From contig CBDUOS010000001.1 of NCBI GenBank assembly GCA_965368905.1, forward strand, positions 1-63,649: a DNA stretch of 63,649 nucleotides, given 5' to 3'. Both the position numbers and the translations under genes were made by a program. Below are positions 1 to 9,412 of the stretch, piece by piece (position 1 is the stretch's first letter; each line of letters starts with the position of its first letter). Source of the stretch: an uncultured Bdellovibrionales bacterium. Its GTDB lineage: Bacteria > Bdellovibrionota > Bdellovibrionia > Bdellovibrionales > JAGQZY01. Below the pieces are notes generated by a model that was not told the origin of the DNA, did not search any database, and saw only the letters and a program-made list of their open reading frames with translations.

Positions 1-282
1 CTTTTCAAAGCCCTCTTCCAAACCCTTAATTTTAGATTTGAACTCACCCACGGCTGCCATTTCTACGTCAGCAGATTCCCCGTTTTTCTTTTTCTCACCA
101 ATTTTCTGCGAGATCTTTTTTTGCTCGCTTTTTAAAGTTTCAATTTCGTGGGTCTGTTGCTTTCGTTGGTTGTTCAACTCAAGAATTTGTTCGAGCTGCG
201 AGAGATCTCCGCCCCGTGCCTTTAGACTCATTTTGTAATCTGCTAAGTATGTCGCATCTTCTAAATTTTTAATATAGATCAT
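1..282 (-). CDS. serS: Seryl-tRNA synthetase, N-terminal fragment (gene continues beyond the left edge)
   Basis: Absent from the ORF track because it is open at the window edge. My minus-strand translation from the ATG at 282 reads MIYIKNLEDATYLADYKMSLKARGGDLSQLEQILELNNQRKQQTHEIETLKSEQKKISQKIGEKKKNGES... This has the pattern of the SerS N-terminal coiled-coil tRNA-binding arm. Confidence 0.7.
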   Translation of the reverse strand, partial: MIYIKNLEDATYLADYKMSLKARGGDLSQLEQILELNNQRKQQTHEIETLKSEQKKISQKIGEKKKNGESADVEMAAVGEFKSKIKGLEEGFEK

Positions 283-295
283 AAATCATCCAACT

Positions 296-592
296 TTAGG
301 CACCAGGAGCCACTTTAACGTATAACTGCAGTAATGTTCCGACCAATATGCAGAAAAGATTCAATAACACGATCGAGAAAAATCCCCAACCCTTAGTCAC
401 CCGAACTACCGCCCCTGTCATAAGAACAATAACAAAAAGGAATAAAAAATTTTCAAATTCAAATATCAGCTGAAAGAGGTGAGCGAAGACCATTCCAATC
501 CAACCCCCTGTCAGCACCCGAAAGACATAAGTCCCAAAATCACCTGATTTTTTCTTTACCTGAAAATTCACTCGGCTGATCATCTCACCCAT
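296..592 (-). CDS. Small hydrophobic membrane protein, about 3 TM helices, function unknown
   Basis: 98-aa ORF with three hydrophobic stretches. Its start overlaps the stop of the upstream TPR gene by 8 nt, which suggests translational coupling. Confidence 0.5.
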   Translation of the reverse strand: MGEMISRVNFQVKKKSGDFGTYVFRVLTGGWIGMVFAHLFQLIFEFENFLFLFVIVLMTGAVVRVTKGWGFFSIVLLNLFCILVGTLLQLYVKVAPGA

Positions 593-3473
593 CGGGGGAC
601 CCTCCCATTTTGTTGGCAGACTTTATTAAAGCTTCGATCTTTTTCTTGTCGTCCGCATTGGGTCGAAGCTGCAAATATCTCTCATAGCCTTTTATAGCTT
701 TTATAAACGAACCTTTTTCATGGTACAAGGCCCCTAGCTCTTTGTATATATTGGGATTCCCAGATTCTTTGGCCTTGGCTTCGTCCAACATTGTAAAGGC
801 CGAGTCAAAGGCTCCTGCTAGTCGATAACAGCGAGCCAACTTGATGTAGACATCCGCCGTCGTCAACCCTTTGCTTAGTACTTTCTGGTACTCTTCAGTA
901 CAAAGTGGATACTGCTTTTTATTAAAATAGGCATCACCTGCCAGCATATAGGATTCTGGGATATCCGGGTTCATCAATCTTTCTTGATTGGCCATTGCTA
1001 GGGCCTCATCATTGTTTTTCAGTTTTAAGTGAGCCTGCCCTGCATAGTAGTGAGCAAAGGGGTAGTTCGGGTTTACTTTAATGACTTTTTCGAATTGCAC
1101 GAGTGCTTTCCTATATTTTCCGGAGTCTAAATAAAGCTGACCAATAAGAAAAATGGGCTCCGCATCGGTGGGGTCGAGAATGGCCGCATCAAGAAACATA
1201 TCCCTCGCCTCATCAAAGTTTTTCTGACCCTGATAGAGTTTTGCTAAAGACATCAAAATCTTTTTATCTTTCGGGTTTTTCTCAAGAGCATCATAATAGT
1301 ATTGAATGGCTTCTTCATTTCGCTCTTCTTTAGTTAACAATTCGCCTATGGCGCGCATATATACCAATTTCCCATATTTAGAGATTAACGAATCCAAATG
1401 ATCGATTCCTGCATCGGTTCCCTGTAAGGCCGCCAAGATTTGGGCAAATGTTATTTGAACTTCATCATTACTATTATCAAGTTCCAAAGCTCTCTGTAGA
1501 TACTTGAAAGCCTCTTCCGATTCTCCTTGTTCATTCAAAGCTTTGGCTAAAATAACCAATGACTCAATATCGGTGTCGTAGAGATCCAAAGCCTTCTCAG
1601 CAAACCGAACAGCACCTGCGTAGTTGCGTCGACGAAACTCAATTAAAGCAAAACCTCGAAAAATTCCATGATGCCTTGGGTTCACTCGCAGAGCCCCTTT
1701 CAAGGTTTCTATGGCATTGATGTAATCAAACCTTTGGCTTTGAAAATCTGCTAGAATTAAATAACTTCGGATAAACTGCGGGTCAGCATCGATGGATCGC
1801 TTAACCCATTGAATGGCCTCGCTGCTCTGACCCAACTTCCACAGAGCTTCTCCGGCTCTTAAAGCAGCAAAACCATTCTTAGGATTCGCTTCAAAAGCAG
1901 CGCGAAACTCGGCCTGAGCTGCGGTATGATTATTCATCTTCATATATTGTTCACCAAGGTAAACCATATTCACATTGTCGATCGAAATCGCATTCAGAGC
2001 TTTAATTCCACCCATATTTACAATAAGTTTCTGTGCCTCGTCGTTGCTCGAGTCGATTGAAAAAGCTTTCTGTGCGTACTTCAGGCCTTGTTGGTTATTC
2101 CCCTGAAGAATACTAATCTTGGCCAACGTCAAATAAGCTTCGGACTCAATCATTTTGGGTACATATTGTTGACTGGCAATCCCTCCCCCAATGTAATCTT
2201 TGGCCTTGGCAATATTTTGAAATGGATCAAACTCAATGATTCCCAATTCTATTCGAGCCACCGCATGCTGTGGATTGCTGGTTAACAAGCGGCGATAAAG
2301 TTTGATGGCTGTACTATGAATGCCTCGTTTCCGGTACATTCTCGCTTCCTGCAAAATCGATTTCGACCAAACGGGCGGTGGATTCCACAGCTCTCTAACT
2401 TTTGAAAAGTAATATGAAGCCGAACGATAGTCTTCACGAGCTGCATAAATGTCTCCAGTCATATGATTGAAAAAAATCAACCCCGGTGATTGTGATAATT
2501 GGCTATCCATAATACGGAGAGCATCGTCGTACTCCCCTTTCACCCAATGTGAAACGACTAAACAAATATTGGCTGATGGATTCTTCGGATTTATTTTTTG
2601 AATTTGTCGCAAAACTTTTTCAAGAGTGCGAAAATCCCTGGAGTCTTGGTGACTGAATGGCCAAAGTTCACGATAAGTCATACATAAGAAACCAAAGGCA
2701 TCAGGACTACGAGATTTCTGCACAACCTCCACTAGGGCATCTTGAGCGACTAGGTAATTATCGTAACTGTCTTTACGAAAAGCTTGAATGGCTCGTGCCA
2801 TCCCCTGCTGAATCAATCGTTTGTCACCATTTGCAGGTCCTGAAAAGTTGGGCTCCAAAAGATGAATCTTCTTTGCCCCACCGGCTTGCGGTTGTAAAAA
2901 TAAGTAAACAGCGCCAATCACCATCAGAACACTCACGAAAAGAACGACTTGAAGGCGACTTCTTTGATCTCTCCGAGTCGAACGTACTCGGCGGCGTGGT
3001 TTGTGTTGAGAGCTCCGGGTCTTTGGCGCTACTTTTTCATCGACAACCGCTCGTCCCATTCTTGAAGATTCTTTTTCCATTTCAATAATAACAGGGGTTT
3101 TGCCATCCACATCTTCGAAAACAGCTTGTCCCAATGGTTTTTCAACCACTTTGGTTATATCAAAATCATCTTCCTCTTCTTCCTTCTGTTCATGCTCTTT
3201 TTTGATGTTCTCTATTCGTTGGGTAACCTGTGTTCTTTCCTCTTTAGAAGAAACAGGCTTTTCGAATAGCTCTTGCTCAAGTGCCTCGAGAAGAATATTG
3301 AAAAAATTTTCATCGTAAGAAATGGGGTGCCAGCGACCTTCGGGGTAACGAGAAACATACTCTTCACCGTAATAGATTCCTGATCGGATGCGGCGAACCA
3401 CTTCAACAGTGGTCAGAGGCCCTTCGATCTCTCCGCTTTTATTTCGAATGAGCCATTGAATAATTTCATTCAC
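585..3473 (-). CDS. GYF_2-like N-terminal domain, one TM helix, then a long TPR-repeat array
   Basis: The N-terminus, WLIRNKSGEIEGPLTTVEVVRRIRSGIYYGEEYVSRYPEGRWHPIS, resembles the GYF_2/DUF4339 domain. A basic linker and the TM segment LQVVLFVSVLMVIGAVYLFL follow. After that come more than 15 TPR-like 34-aa repeats (A..Y..AL...P....A...LG). Confidence 0.75.
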   Translation of the reverse strand: MNEIIQWLIRNKSGEIEGPLTTVEVVRRIRSGIYYGEEYVSRYPEGRWHPISYDENFFNILLEALEQELFEKPVSSKEERTQVTQRIENIKKEHEQKEEEEDDFDITKVVEKPLGQAVFEDVDGKTPVIIEMEKESSRMGRAVVDEKVAPKTRSSQHKPRRRVRSTRRDQRSRLQVVLFVSVLMVIGAVYLFLQPQAGGAKKIHLLEPNFSGPANGDKRLIQQGMARAIQAFRKDSYDNYLVAQDALVEVVQKSRSPDAFGFLCMTYRELWPFSHQDSRDFRTLEKVLRQIQKINPKNPSANICLVVSHWVKGEYDDALRIMDSQLSQSPGLIFFNHMTGDIYAAREDYRSASYYFSKVRELWNPPPVWSKSILQEARMYRKRGIHSTAIKLYRRLLTSNPQHAVARIELGIIEFDPFQNIAKAKDYIGGGIASQQYVPKMIESEAYLTLAKISILQGNNQQGLKYAQKAFSIDSSNDEAQKLIVNMGGIKALNAISIDNVNMVYLGEQYMKMNNHTAAQAEFRAAFEANPKNGFAALRAGEALWKLGQSSEAIQWVKRSIDADPQFIRSYLILADFQSQRFDYINAIETLKGALRVNPRHHGIFRGFALIEFRRRNYAGAVRFAEKALDLYDTDIESLVILAKALNEQGESEEAFKYLQRALELDNSNDEVQITFAQILAALQGTDAGIDHLDSLISKYGKLVYMRAIGELLTKEERNEEAIQYYYDALEKNPKDKKILMSLAKLYQGQKNFDEARDMFLDAAILDPTDAEPIFLIGQLYLDSGKYRKALVQFEKVIKVNPNYPFAHYYAGQAHLKLKNNDEALAMANQERLMNPDIPESYMLAGDAYFNKKQYPLCTEEYQKVLSKGLTTADVYIKLARCYRLAGAFDSAFTMLDEAKAKESGNPNIYKELGALYHEKGSFIKAIKGYERYLQLRPNADDKKKIEALIKSANKMGGSPDG

Positions 3474-3476
3474 AGA

Positions 3477-4730
3477 CTATTCTTTCACCCTTTTTACGTT
3501 AGCGCCAATGGCCGAGAGCTTATTCTCCAAATTTTCATAGCCTCGATCTAGATGATAAATGCGATTCACCGTAGTCTCGCCGCGCGCGACAAGCCCCGCT
3601 AAAATTAGACTGGCACTGGCTCGTAAGTCTGTTGCCATCACTGGGGCTCCGACCAGTTCAGCTTTGCCATGAACGTGTGCCGTTTTGTCGTTAATATCAA
3701 TTTTAGCACCCATGCGGAGTAGCTCCGAAACGTGCATAAAACGATTCTCAAAAACTTTCTCTGTGATTTGACTCTCACCTTCTGCCTGGGTCATCAGAGC
3801 CATCAGCTGGGCCTGCAAGTCAGTGGGGTAACCCGGAAAAGGTTCGGTAACGACCTCACAGGGTTTTAGTGCTTTATAACCTTTCACGGAAATACTGTCT
3901 TCTGTCCATGACAATTCAACTCCCATGGACTGCAAAATCTCAAGAAAACTAACTAAATGGTCAGGCCGGCAGTTTCGCACTTCAATGTCACCATTGGTAA
4001 TCGCACCCGCAATGACTAAAGTACCGGCCTCAATGCGGTCGGCAATGACCGCATGCTCCTGGGCTTTTAATTGTTCTGCCCCGTGGATTTTGATTGTTGG
4101 TGACCCGGCGCCTTCAACTTTGGCCCCCATTTTCGCAATGTAATCAGCCAAGTCTACAATCTCTGGTTCTCGAGCGGCGTTGTTAATCGTTGTCGTTCCT
4201 TTGGCTAAACTAGCAGCCATCATTATGTTTTCTGTTCCGCCAACTGTTGCAAAAGGTAAATCGATGACTGTTCCCTTTAGTCCTTCCGTCTTTGCCACCA
4301 CGTATCCACCATCCACCTCAATTTGAGCACCCATTTTTTCCATGGCATCCAAATGCATACCGATGGGGCGGGCTCCGATCGCACATCCTCCAGGCAAACT
4401 CACTTTGGCTTTTTTAAATCGGGCCAGCAAGGGGCCTAAAACTAAAATGCTCGCACGCATCTTTCGTACCTGATCGTAATGCGCCAAAGTTTCCAGCTTC
4501 TCGTCCACTTGGATCTCTAAGCAATTGTTTGAAAATTTCGTTTTACACCCCAGAGAATCCATCAAAACCATGGCCGAGTCGATATCACGCAATTGGGGAA
4601 CGTTTTTCAGTTTATGATCTCCTTCAGCGAGTAACGTTGAAAAGATCAAGGGCAAGGCAGAGTTCTTAGCTCCACTAACTTGCACTTGCCCTTTCAATGA
4701 GCCGCCTCCTGTAACCACCATTTTATCCAT
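3477..4730 (-). CDS. murA: UDP-N-acetylglucosamine 1-carboxyvinyltransferase
   Basis: 417 aa, full-length MurA pattern. It contains GAKNSALP and the catalytic Cys loop LPGGCAIGARPIGMHL. Confidence 0.95.
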   Translation of the reverse strand: MDKMVVTGGGSLKGQVQVSGAKNSALPLIFSTLLAEGDHKLKNVPQLRDIDSAMVLMDSLGCKTKFSNNCLEIQVDEKLETLAHYDQVRKMRASILVLGPLLARFKKAKVSLPGGCAIGARPIGMHLDAMEKMGAQIEVDGGYVVAKTEGLKGTVIDLPFATVGGTENIMMAASLAKGTTTINNAAREPEIVDLADYIAKMGAKVEGAGSPTIKIHGAEQLKAQEHAVIADRIEAGTLVIAGAITNGDIEVRNCRPDHLVSFLEILQSMGVELSWTEDSISVKGYKALKPCEVVTEPFPGYPTDLQAQLMALMTQAEGESQITEKVFENRFMHVSELLRMGAKIDINDKTAHVHGKAELVGAPVMATDLRASASLILAGLVARGETTVNRIYHLDRGYENLENKLSAIGANVKRVKE

Positions 4731-4812
4731 AGGAATTCCTTTTAATGAGACTCGTCGTAGTACGATCTATGATATTACAGAGAAGTAGTAAATTAAAGGG
4801 GGATTTCCCGTA

Positions 4813-5652
4813 TCACTGGCTGGTTCTACAGAGATGAAAGAAACGTGGAATCCCTTGGTAGTCTTTTTTTATTTCAAGCACAGAGAAGTCGACCGGGTCG
4901 ATCAAATCTTGAATTTCACCTTCTTGGAATTGTCCAAACTCGAACAAGTAATGACCATCTGCCTTGAGGTGTGTTTTAGCCCAATGCAGCCAATCTTCGA
5001 TGCATTGCAGACCTTCTTTGTCGGCGTACAAAGCCTGATGAGGTTCATAATCGTAAACAGATTTCTCCACGCGCGAGTCTCCCACCGCGATATAGGGTGG
5101 GTTGGCAACGATCAGATCAAAAGGTCCAAACCCTACTGGTTGACCTTGAGTAACTCGGGCCTCTATACACTCTACGTTTTCTAATTTCATACATTCAGCA
5201 TTGGCTCGACATAGGGCCAGGGCATCACTTGAAGCCTCAAACAACTGAACAAAGGCATCTGGCCACTCTTTGGCCAATGACAGTCCAATACAGCCCGATC
5301 CCGCACCCAGGTCAGCAACCTTCATTGCAGGTCTATACAACTCCAATGCCGATTCCACCAGGATTTCTGTTTCAGGACGGGGAATTAAAACACCGGGGCC
5401 AACTTTAAAATTATTCTTGAAGAAGTGCTTTTCTTTTAAGATGTAAGCACAAGGTTGACCAGATTTGAGTTTGTCTAAATCTTTCCAAATGGCCTCGATC
5501 TCGTCATCTTTTACAATATTGTCTGATTTAAGTTGGAGTTCACTCCACGACAGGCCTGTGTGAAAAGTCACAATATCTTCCACATCCCGTCGTTGAATCT
5601 CAAGACTTGGAAATTTTTTTTTAATCTCCGTAAAGAGGCTATTAACCTTCAT
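4813..5652 (-). CDS. prmC: Release-factor glutamine N5-methyltransferase
   Basis: 279 aa with the SAM motif [10 protein letters not shown] and the NPPY motif (IVANPPYI). The gene overlaps the 3' end of prfA by 11 nt. Confidence 0.9.
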   Translation of the reverse strand: MKVNSLFTEIKKKFPSLEIQRRDVEDIVTFHTGLSWSELQLKSDNIVKDDEIEAIWKDLDKLKSGQPCAYILKEKHFFKNNFKVGPGVLIPRPETEILVESALELYRPAMKVADLGAGSGCIGLSLAKEWPDAFVQLFEASSDALALCRANAECMKLENVECIEARVTQGQPVGFGPFDLIVANPPYIAVGDSRVEKSVYDYEPHQALYADKEGLQCIEDWLHWAKTHLKADGHYLFEFGQFQEGEIQDLIDPVDFSVLEIKKDYQGIPRFFHLCRTSQ

Positions 5653-6721
5653 TGTTTTCCGACTGTTTCAGAGCTTCAGCCTGATAAAAAGCAATCACAG
5701 GATCTATCACCTGTGCCATATTTCCCTTCATGACGTCGTCCAATGAATGCAGGGTTAGTCCAATTCTATGATCAGTCACCCGACTTTGAGGAAAATTGTA
5801 AGTGCGAATTCTTTCCGAACGATCACCTGTTCCAATTTGTAAGAGGCGAGCATCAGAAGCTTCTTTAATCTTTCGCTGCTCTTCCAAATCTTTTAATCGA
5901 GACATCAGAATTTTCATCGCTCGATCTTTATTAGCGTGCTGACTTTTTCCTTCTTGGCAATAAACCACAATCCCTGTCGGATGGTGGGTGACCCGCACAG
6001 CGGAATCCGTGGTGTTCACATGCTGGCCACCAGCACCGCTAGCACGCATCACATCAATTCGAATATCTTTTTGCTCAATTGAGACATCCACATCTTCGGC
6101 CTCAGGGATCACAGCCACTGTCACAGTCGACGTGTGAACTCGCCCTTGAGATTCCGTTTTGGGAACGCGTTGAACTCTGTGCACTCCACTTTCATATTTT
6201 AATCGGGAATAGACCTGGTCACCAGTGATCATAGCAACGATTTCTTTAGCACCACCGACATTACCTGCAGAGAATGACAAGAGTTCAGACTTAAAACCCA
6301 AGCTTGAAGCAAAATGTCCATAAGCAGTAAAAAGCTCTTCTGCAAAAAGGCTAGCCTCATCACCGCCGGCACCTGCACGAATTTCTAGGATAATATTCTT
6401 ATCGTCATTTGGATCTTTTGGTAACAAAGCGATTTGCAGCTTTTCTTCGATTTCAACGATAGAGGATTCGGCTTCGGAAAGTTCCTCTTTCGCCATTTCA
6501 CGCAATTCCTCGTCTTTCTCTTCAACGAGCATCTGCTTATTATCGGCAATGGTTTTTTTGAGCTGTTTGTATTGGCGATAGACTTTGACGACTTTTTCAA
6601 GTTCCGCCTGCTCTTGCATCAGCTGACGAAATTTTTTCTGGTCGTTGGCAACATCAGGATTTTGCAACTGGTGGCAGAGAGATTCGTATTTTTTCTCCAC
6701 TTCACCCAGTTTATCAAACAT
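5642..6721 (-). CDS. prfA: Peptide chain release factor 1
   Basis: 359 aa with the GGQ motif ([16 protein letters not shown]) and the PxT-type RF1 region ([17 protein letters not shown]). Confidence 0.95.
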   Translation of the reverse strand: MFDKLGEVEKKYESLCHQLQNPDVANDQKKFRQLMQEQAELEKVVKVYRQYKQLKKTIADNKQMLVEEKDEELREMAKEELSEAESSIVEIEEKLQIALLPKDPNDDKNIILEIRAGAGGDEASLFAEELFTAYGHFASSLGFKSELLSFSAGNVGGAKEIVAMITGDQVYSRLKYESGVHRVQRVPKTESQGRVHTSTVTVAVIPEAEDVDVSIEQKDIRIDVMRASGAGGQHVNTTDSAVRVTHHPTGIVVYCQEGKSQHANKDRAMKILMSRLKDLEEQRKIKEASDARLLQIGTGDRSERIRTYNFPQSRVTDHRIGLTLHSLDDVMKGNMAQVIDPVIAFYQAEALKQSENNEG

Positions 6722-6742
6722 AGAGGGCTTTCTTGGTGAAGA

Positions 6743-6964
6743 TTACTGGTCGTCTTTCTTGTAGTACTTGGCGTATTTCTTTTTGAACTTCTCAACACGC
6801 CCCTCAGTATCTACCAGCTTTTGCTTACCGGTATAAAATGGGTGGCACTCAGAGCAAATATCTATCTTGATCTCTTGCTTAGTGGACCCAGTTGAGAAGG
6901 AATTGCCACAAACACACACCACTTTGGCATCAGTATAATAAGTTGGATGAATCTCTGCTTTCAT
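6743..6964 (-). CDS. rpmE: 50S ribosomal protein L31, Cys-containing form
   Basis: 73 aa: [10 protein letters not shown]...VCVCGNSF...[13 protein letters not shown], the canonical L31 signature. Confidence 0.9.
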   Translation of the reverse strand: MKAEIHPTYYTDAKVVCVCGNSFSTGSTKQEIKIDICSECHPFYTGKQKLVDTEGRVEKFKKKYAKYYKKDDQ

Positions 6965-7183
6965 AACGCGTTACTCCATTTAGAATCCGGAAAACTAACA
7001 CAGGCCCCTATAAAGGTCGAGGTTTTTTTCTATTTTTCCAGCAATTTCGGGAGTTATCCCCACTCAAATGGGTAGTTCCACAGGTTTTTCCACAGGTTAG
7101 GGGGTAGATCTAGGTAGCTACCTGCTGGAACCCACTAAATGCAGAGATTGGATTTGGCATCATGCCTATAAATCTTGCTTAAG

Positions 7184-8695
7184 CTACTGCCCCATCCCGG
7201 ATAAAAAGGTGGCATTGTCCTTGGCATTTTTCAACTTGTCCAAGAGGAACTCCATACTGTCGACCACGTTCATCGGGGCCAAAACTTTGCGCAAAATCCA
7301 GAGTCGGTTCAAGTCCGCTTTCTCGATCAACAGGTCTTCTTTTCGTGTCCCTGACTTGTTGATATCCATGCAAGGGAAGATACGTTTCTCCATCAGCTTG
7401 CGATCCAAATGAATCTCAGCATTACCAGTTCCTTTAAATTCCTCAAAGATCACCTCATCCATGCGAGACCCTGTATCAATCAAAGCTGTGGCAATAATGG
7501 TCAAACTTCCACCCTCTTCAATGTTACGGGCGGCACCAAAAAAGCGTTTAGGTTTATGAAGGGCATTGGAATCCACACCACCAGATAGGATTTTTCCAGA
7601 TGGCGGTACCACTGTGTTGTAGGCTCGCGCCAATCGTGTAATCGAATCCAGAAGGATCACCACATCGTTTTTGTTCTCAACCAAACGCTTAGCCTTTTCC
7701 AAAACCATCTCCGCCACTTGCACGTGTCGGGTTGGAGGCTCATCAAACGTTGAGCTGACCACCTCACCTTTCACATTACGCGACATATCCGTCACTTCCT
7801 CTGGTCGCTCATCAATAAGAAGAACGATCAAACGCACTTCTGGCTGATTTGCTGTGATGGCATTAGCAATATCCTGCAAAAGGACCGTCTTACCCGTTCG
7901 CGGCGGCGCCACAATCAAAGCTCTTTGTCCTTTTCCAATCGGGGCCATCAAATCCACCACCCTTGTGGTGTATTCTGTTGGCTCATGCTCCAATTTCAAA
8001 CGCTCCTCTGGATAAAGAGGAGTTAAGTTATCAAATAGAATTTTCTCTTTGGATTTCATGGGTGGCTGATGGTTCAGCTCTTCCACTTTCAAAAGGGCAA
8101 AATAGCGCTCACCCTCTTTCGGGGGGCGGACTGTTCCGCTCACCGTATCTCCAGTTCGCAACCCAAAACGTCGGATTTGCGAAGGACTCACATATATATC
8201 ATCGGGTCCCGGCAGATAGTTATAATCTGGTTTTCTCAAGAAACCGTAGCCATCAGGAAGGATTTCTAAAACCCCATCTCCAAAGACATCCACCAGTTGA
8301 GCCGCTCGTTTAAGTGTTTCGAAAACAAGCTCCTGACGTCTTAATCCAGCAGCATTTTCAATTTTTAACTTCTGAGCCAGGTTGATCACCTCTTCAATTT
8401 TTTTGGTTTTCAATCCCTTGGAGCTCAGTGCGGCTTTTTCTTCATCGGTCAATTCCACATCAGACAAATCAACGGGTTCAGAGGCACCGGCGATGGGAGG
8501 TAGGTCATCCGAGGCATTATGATCTTGTTTTGGATTACGACCGCGGCCACCACGCCCTTTTTTACTATTGCGCTGGTTATTCCGTCGTTGACGGCCACCG
8601 TTGTCATCTTTCGATCGAGTTTTTCTTTCTATTGGCTCTTTCGCAGGTTTTTCGCTCTTCGCAGCTTTTTCTTCGACAACATCAGCATCTGACAT
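7184..8695 (-). CDS. rho: Transcription termination factor Rho with an N-terminal R/G/N/Q-rich extension of about 105 aa
   Basis: Core Rho motifs are present: the RNA-binding domain ([16 protein letters not shown]), Walker A (APPRTGKT) and the Q/R loops. I place the start at the ATG at 8695 ([10 protein letters not shown]...) rather than at the track start of 8887. The extra 64 aa in the track ORF look non-protein-like. Confidence 0.9.
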   Translation of the reverse strand: MSDADVVEEKAAKSEKPAKEPIERKTRSKDDNGGRQRRNNQRNSKKGRGGRGRNPKQDHNASDDLPPIAGASEPVDLSDVELTDEEKAALSSKGLKTKKIEEVINLAQKLKIENAAGLRRQELVFETLKRAAQLVDVFGDGVLEILPDGYGFLRKPDYNYLPGPDDIYVSPSQIRRFGLRTGDTVSGTVRPPKEGERYFALLKVEELNHQPPMKSKEKILFDNLTPLYPEERLKLEHEPTEYTTRVVDLMAPIGKGQRALIVAPPRTGKTVLLQDIANAITANQPEVRLIVLLIDERPEEVTDMSRNVKGEVVSSTFDEPPTRHVQVAEMVLEKAKRLVENKNDVVILLDSITRLARAYNTVVPPSGKILSGGVDSNALHKPKRFFGAARNIEEGGSLTIIATALIDTGSRMDEVIFEEFKGTGNAEIHLDRKLMEKRIFPCMDINKSGTRKEDLLIEKADLNRLWILRKVLAPMNVVDSMEFLLDKLKNAKDNATFLSGMGQ

Positions 8696-8964
8696 ACTAA
8701 TACTCCATTTTTTTGGGATTCTTTTAGGTAGGGGATTTAGAGTGGTTGCATTTAACCTCGGCAGATTAGCCAAATTCTTTACCGTCCGAAAGTTAATTCT
8801 CAGTATGATACGATGAGTCAAGTTCTTTGTCGATCTTCTGAACAGGCCTCCAGAACTTGTTTCTATGTGAAACAAAAGCCTGCACAAATGTATAAAACAT
8901 TTCCAAAACCCTTATTAAATCGAAACAACTCTCCGAAGGGTTATATGAAAGATGGAGGAAACAC

Positions 8965-9324
8965 ATGATGGAAAAACCGGCTCCACGCCTGCCTTTACAG
9001 CTTCCCATTGAGTTTCGCAAAAATTATTCGAGAAAATCGGATTATGGGGATTTAAAAAATATCAGTTTAACAGGTGCCTTTTTGATCCATAGCTCGGACG
9101 AAATCACCCTCAATGACAAAATCAATATTCACTTTAAAGTGAGCGGCCGCGAGCGAACGCTCAATGCTTCCGTCGTATGGCTAAGCGAAACTGGTTGTGG
9201 ATTGCAGTTCCACCCTGATAATAATCGCGATGTACAGATCGTGGATGATCTTATGTATTTTGTAAAAGGTCGACGTAGTAAGCATAAAAACGTCTTAGAC
9301 GAAATTTTCGATAAAGTCTCTTAA
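8965..9324 (+). CDS. Stand-alone PilZ-like domain protein
   Basis: 119 aa. The stretches PRLPLQLPIEF...GDLKNISLTGAFL...INIHF...NASVVW match the PilZ beta-barrel pattern (DxSxxG-like NISLTG). The RxxxR motif is degenerate. A GGAGGA SD sits 6 nt upstream. Confidence 0.5.
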   Translation: MMEKPAPRLPLQLPIEFRKNYSRKSDYGDLKNISLTGAFLIHSSDEITLNDKINIHFKVSGRERTLNASVVWLSETGCGLQFHPDNNRDVQIVDDLMYFVKGRRSKHKNVLDEIFDKVS

Positions 9325-9346
9325 GGGCCCAAGCCCGTCCCAAACC

Positions 9347-9376
9347 AAAAAAAGGAACCCTAGGGTTCCTTTTTTT
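9347..9376. terminator. Bidirectional intrinsic terminator between convergent genes
   Basis: Perfect palindrome AAAAAAAGGAACCC-TA-GGGTTCCTTTTTTT, with an A-run and a T-run flanking a 7-bp GC-containing stem. Confidence 0.8.
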
Positions 9377-9412
9377 GTGCCCCGCGAGAAGCATTGGGTA
9401 CGGCGTACCCTT

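Noticed and set aside
8696-8887. The upstream 64-aa extension of the rho ORF as given in the track ([14 protein letters not shown]...).
   Set aside because: Its composition is not protein-like, and it has no similarity to Rho. The internal ATG at 8695 gives a sensible acidic/basic N-terminus. The extension is most likely the 5' leader.
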